Made by a program: the position numbers and the translations under genes | Shown here: positions 60,900 through 64,000 of the stretch, piece after piece | Position numbering within the stretch: position 1 is the first letter of the stretch | Layout: the number at the start of each line of letters is the position of its first letter | NCBI GenBank assembly: GCA_004022145.1 | Contig: RCNU01000001.1 | Source of the DNA: Paecilomyces variotii | Taxonomy: Eukaryota | Length of the DNA stretch: 64,000 nt | Reading direction: 5' to 3' (one strand) | Notes under the pieces: generated by a model | The model's database searches: none | The model's input: the letters and a program-made list of their open reading frames with translations, nothing else | What the model was told of the DNA's origin: nothing

Positions 60900-61835
60900 T
60901 ACCAGGCTTCCGGCCACACCCCTTGGAAGAACTTAATCATATCTCCAGTTAAATCCCTAGGCCTTTCCCACATGGCAAAATGGCCACTTTGAGTATGCTC
61001 TCTCCAGAATTTCACACTCGCAACTTGTTCAGCCCACGATCGCGGTAGGATTTCTAGTTCCTTCGGAAATGCACTGAAGCCGCACGGCAGGCATTGCGAG
61101 GTACTTGTCTGCCGAAATATTACCTACAGACGGTGCCGGTGGAGCGTTTTCAGTATACATGATAAACGGAGCTGTCGGACCAGGCCAGCAGTGCATCAAC
61201 GTCCAGGTGATGAGCTCAGTGTATGTCTATGGGTAATTATCCGACCACAGGATCAGTTTGTCAATAACCCAGACTAGTAGCCCTACGGGGCGCCGAAATA
61301 TCGTGCATAGCATGCCCGAGAGTTTGTGGGTGGGTGGGTGGCTTGGATTGATCCATAATTATTATGTCCTCAGGAACCCGTTATAGAATCAATCGATCGA
61401 TCTCTTCTCGAACTCTGAATATTCTGGTTCCTTGCAATCTGGGAAGGTCACCTTCTCAATTTTAAACCAAGTTGAGTCAGTAAACTTTTCCTCGTCTGCA
61501 GTTGACTGGAATGTATTTGTGGCACCATGTTGATATGCAACGCGCTAACATGCTGCAGACACAGCAAACCCAGGCTACGTGTAATCCATGAGCCCCAATC
61601 ACCACATTGAACTACATACTTCTCATAACCCAACTTCAACGTAAGCTTATTGAGGACCTGCGCATGCTGTAGGATATCGAATCCTTTCTTCTGTGCGTAT
61701 GACGAAGTTCGTATCCAGGTAATGATAGTGCCACGACATTGAAACCTGCTACGTTAAGTGCTGACAACCTCTTCAGAATCTCGAAGAACGAGCCAGGCCA
61801 TATATGTACAAACAGCAACGCAATGGCTTTGTTCA
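60900..61835 (-). pseudogene. Microsomal-type epoxide hydrolase pseudogene (ends approximate)
   Basis: LLFVHIWPGSFFE (from HGWPGS), VVALSLPGY, LGYEKYVVQCGDWGS, PVGLLVWVIDKL, FSAFPKE...PRSW, SGHFAMWERP lie in different frames with stops. No N-terminal part is found. Confidence 0.88.
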
Positions 61836-62985
61836 GGAAGGTCTAATTCAGGCCGAGGGGTGCCGATCTGTATTGTTTGCAGCTGAGTTATTGCCATCTG
61901 GTATATTGTGCAGTATCAACTGCTGGTTTTGTAAGGAAGAATTATGTCCGCTATGATGTTTCGAATATGTATTTTTAAGCATAAACATTCCTAACACTTA
62001 CGGATGGTTCTCTGCCGTTGCCTGCGACACGCATAAGCATAACTTCAGCCACGCCCAATTTCCCCGCATTTTCCTATACTAGGACCAGTGGAATTTTGGC
62101 CCCATGCTACACGAAATCATTATTAGTAACGGAAAGTAGTTAAGTATCCATTCAGATACAAGCCTTGCTTGTTTGAATACGATGACATAACGAGTTACAC
62201 TCATCATGCTGTGCAGCAACAGATATCACTACAAATAATAAGCAAGAGAAGCTAAAGGCCTAATCCAATGTATGCGTCACCAAAAGGATTGGCCCCAGAA
62301 AATACGAGTTCAGCTGCGGTGTAATTAAGGTTTTAGATGGTTATAGTAAAGATCGCTCTTATGGGACGCCTGGTTTTAGTGTGCTTAGACGACGTCGAGC
62401 GTTGAGTGGTTCCTGAATTTCAAGATAGTTCCTGAAATTTAAAAGTGACGCTCATCTCTTCATATGCCGCTATAGAAATCATTAATGACAGCATAATATC
62501 TGAATATTTGTTGAATTCGAAAATAGTGAGGCGAGTCTGCTTTTTTCCAGGACTAATTGGATAATTTACAAAACTACTACACTGCTTCGCTGCTCACTTT
62601 AGTACAGCAATTCTTTCTGACTCATGTCGGTATATCTCCAAAAGTTACACTGCATGAAGGATTCTGAGCTGGAAACGTAAAGCTGAACTTTGAAAGCAGT
62701 TATACGAGGTGATCAACAAATGCCCCTTCTCTTGCGGTATTACGAGGCTGTGTTGGCGAGGACATCAGGCGTCCAACGAGCTGCGTTGCAACGTATTGAT
62801 CGTAGAAATACTCAAGTTGATTAGGATTAAATCTAAGGGACCGGGGATATAAAAGGGGGGATGAATCCGCTTCTATCTGGAGTCTTCATCAATCCATCAG
62901 CATCAGTCTCCATTCACATCGCAATCAATATCATTACGAGAGCTTTATCTCAATTTCAAATCCATATATATACATCATCGTCACA

Positions 62986-63338
62986 ATGGTCAAGATCGCC
63001 ATCCTCCCTCTCGCCGCGTTGGCTGCTTTTCCTCCCCTTGTCGCTGCAAACAACTGCAAAACCGGTCTGAACTACTGTGGTTACAACCTCTTGAACATCG
63101 GTACGTGAAACTCTCATTTGGTCCGTCTCGACTCCTCTGACGACACATTTATCAATTAGGGAATTACGGAGCCCAGATCAACGAAGCCCTCGAAAACGCC
63201 CACCAGCCTACTGACGACGCCCACATCCATGAGTCCCTCTTCCACTGCAATGGTGGAGAAAATGGAGATATTACCTTCCAGACCTACTGCACCAGCGGTT
63301 GCAAGGATGGTGGCAGCGGCAGAAGTGACTACTGCTAA
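62986..63338 (+). CDS. Small secreted 6-Cys protein (97 aa); exons 62986-63100, 63160-63338
   Basis: MVKIAILPLAALAAFPPLVAANNCKTGLNYCGYNLLNIGNYGAQINEALENAHQPTDDAHIHESLFHCNGGENGDITFQTYCTSGCKDGGSGRSDYC*. Intron GTACGT..CTGAC..TAG; TATAAAA near 62848. Confidence 0.9.
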
Positions 63339-64000
63339 ATGCTTGGCGGTACATTGTTCTCATCAGGGAATGTAAGGACTAAAACGAATTGAGAAAAAGG
63401 GTCGAAGGAGGCTCTAGAGGAGGTGGTAAAGGCTATGGGTAGCTGGATTTGCAACGGAATCAGCGTGCAACTCCTGTATGAGGGGGGAAAAGGCGCCATT
63501 CTCTGAGGAAAAGTATATCCTTGCATGGGCTATTTGTCGAGCTTGATTCGAATGACATACCAAATATAACAGACAAATCTCCAAATGAATGACCTCGAAT
63601 AAGTGTTGATAGACAATTTCGTACCCTCCGGCCAGTGAGACGCCGAATCCTGCACTGAGAATCTTAGGCACTAGGTATGGATATATGTTCATTATAAAAT
63701 ATATGTCAGGGGTACCTCCTAGACTACTTGCCCAAAAAGAAAAGGTTCATGGTTGTTGAGGCTTTTTGATATTCTGTCCTATATATTATAGGTAACTCCA
63801 GGGGAAGCTCTGGTGTAAGAGATCTATAAACGCAACGCTACATCATATGCGGCAGAGCTAAGATAAGATACCCGAAGTAGCTTCATAAAAGCGGTAATAT
63901 CGTATTTTGAATCACCCACTTTGAGATCCGGGAGAAAATGCAGAGATATTTGCCAATGCACAATGCTGAACAGAGCCCTGGCGCTCAGTAATTGAAATGC

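Overview
Intron-rich genomic DNA of a filamentous ascomycete; the gene content and GTRAGT/CTRAC/YAG introns suggest Eurotiales (inference). About 20 protein genes are supported: the 3' part of a P450, a WSC/GPI wall protein, an M20 carboxypeptidase S, a TRF/Taz1-like telobox-Myb protein, GDT1, two related Cys/His-motif orphan proteins (one with a MYND finger), two MFS transporters, a cysteine-synthase-like/rhodanese fusion, a hybrid histidine kinase, a PhiA-like protein, two CBM18-containing GH18 chitinases, SSADH, a type-I membrane orphan, GPI2/PIG-C, a tandem pair of diverged orphan paralogues and a small secreted 6-Cys protein that the ORF track misses. There is also an intron-containing tRNA-Arg(TCT) and an epoxide hydrolase pseudogene. 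The most striking signal is a compact, inverted cluster of telomeric (TAACCC/TTAGGG) repeats plus a TTAACCTAGGTTAA palindrome about 230-400 bp upstream of the gene for the predicted telomere-repeat-binding protein, which suggests a feedback circuit. Exon boundaries were read by eye and no database searches were run.
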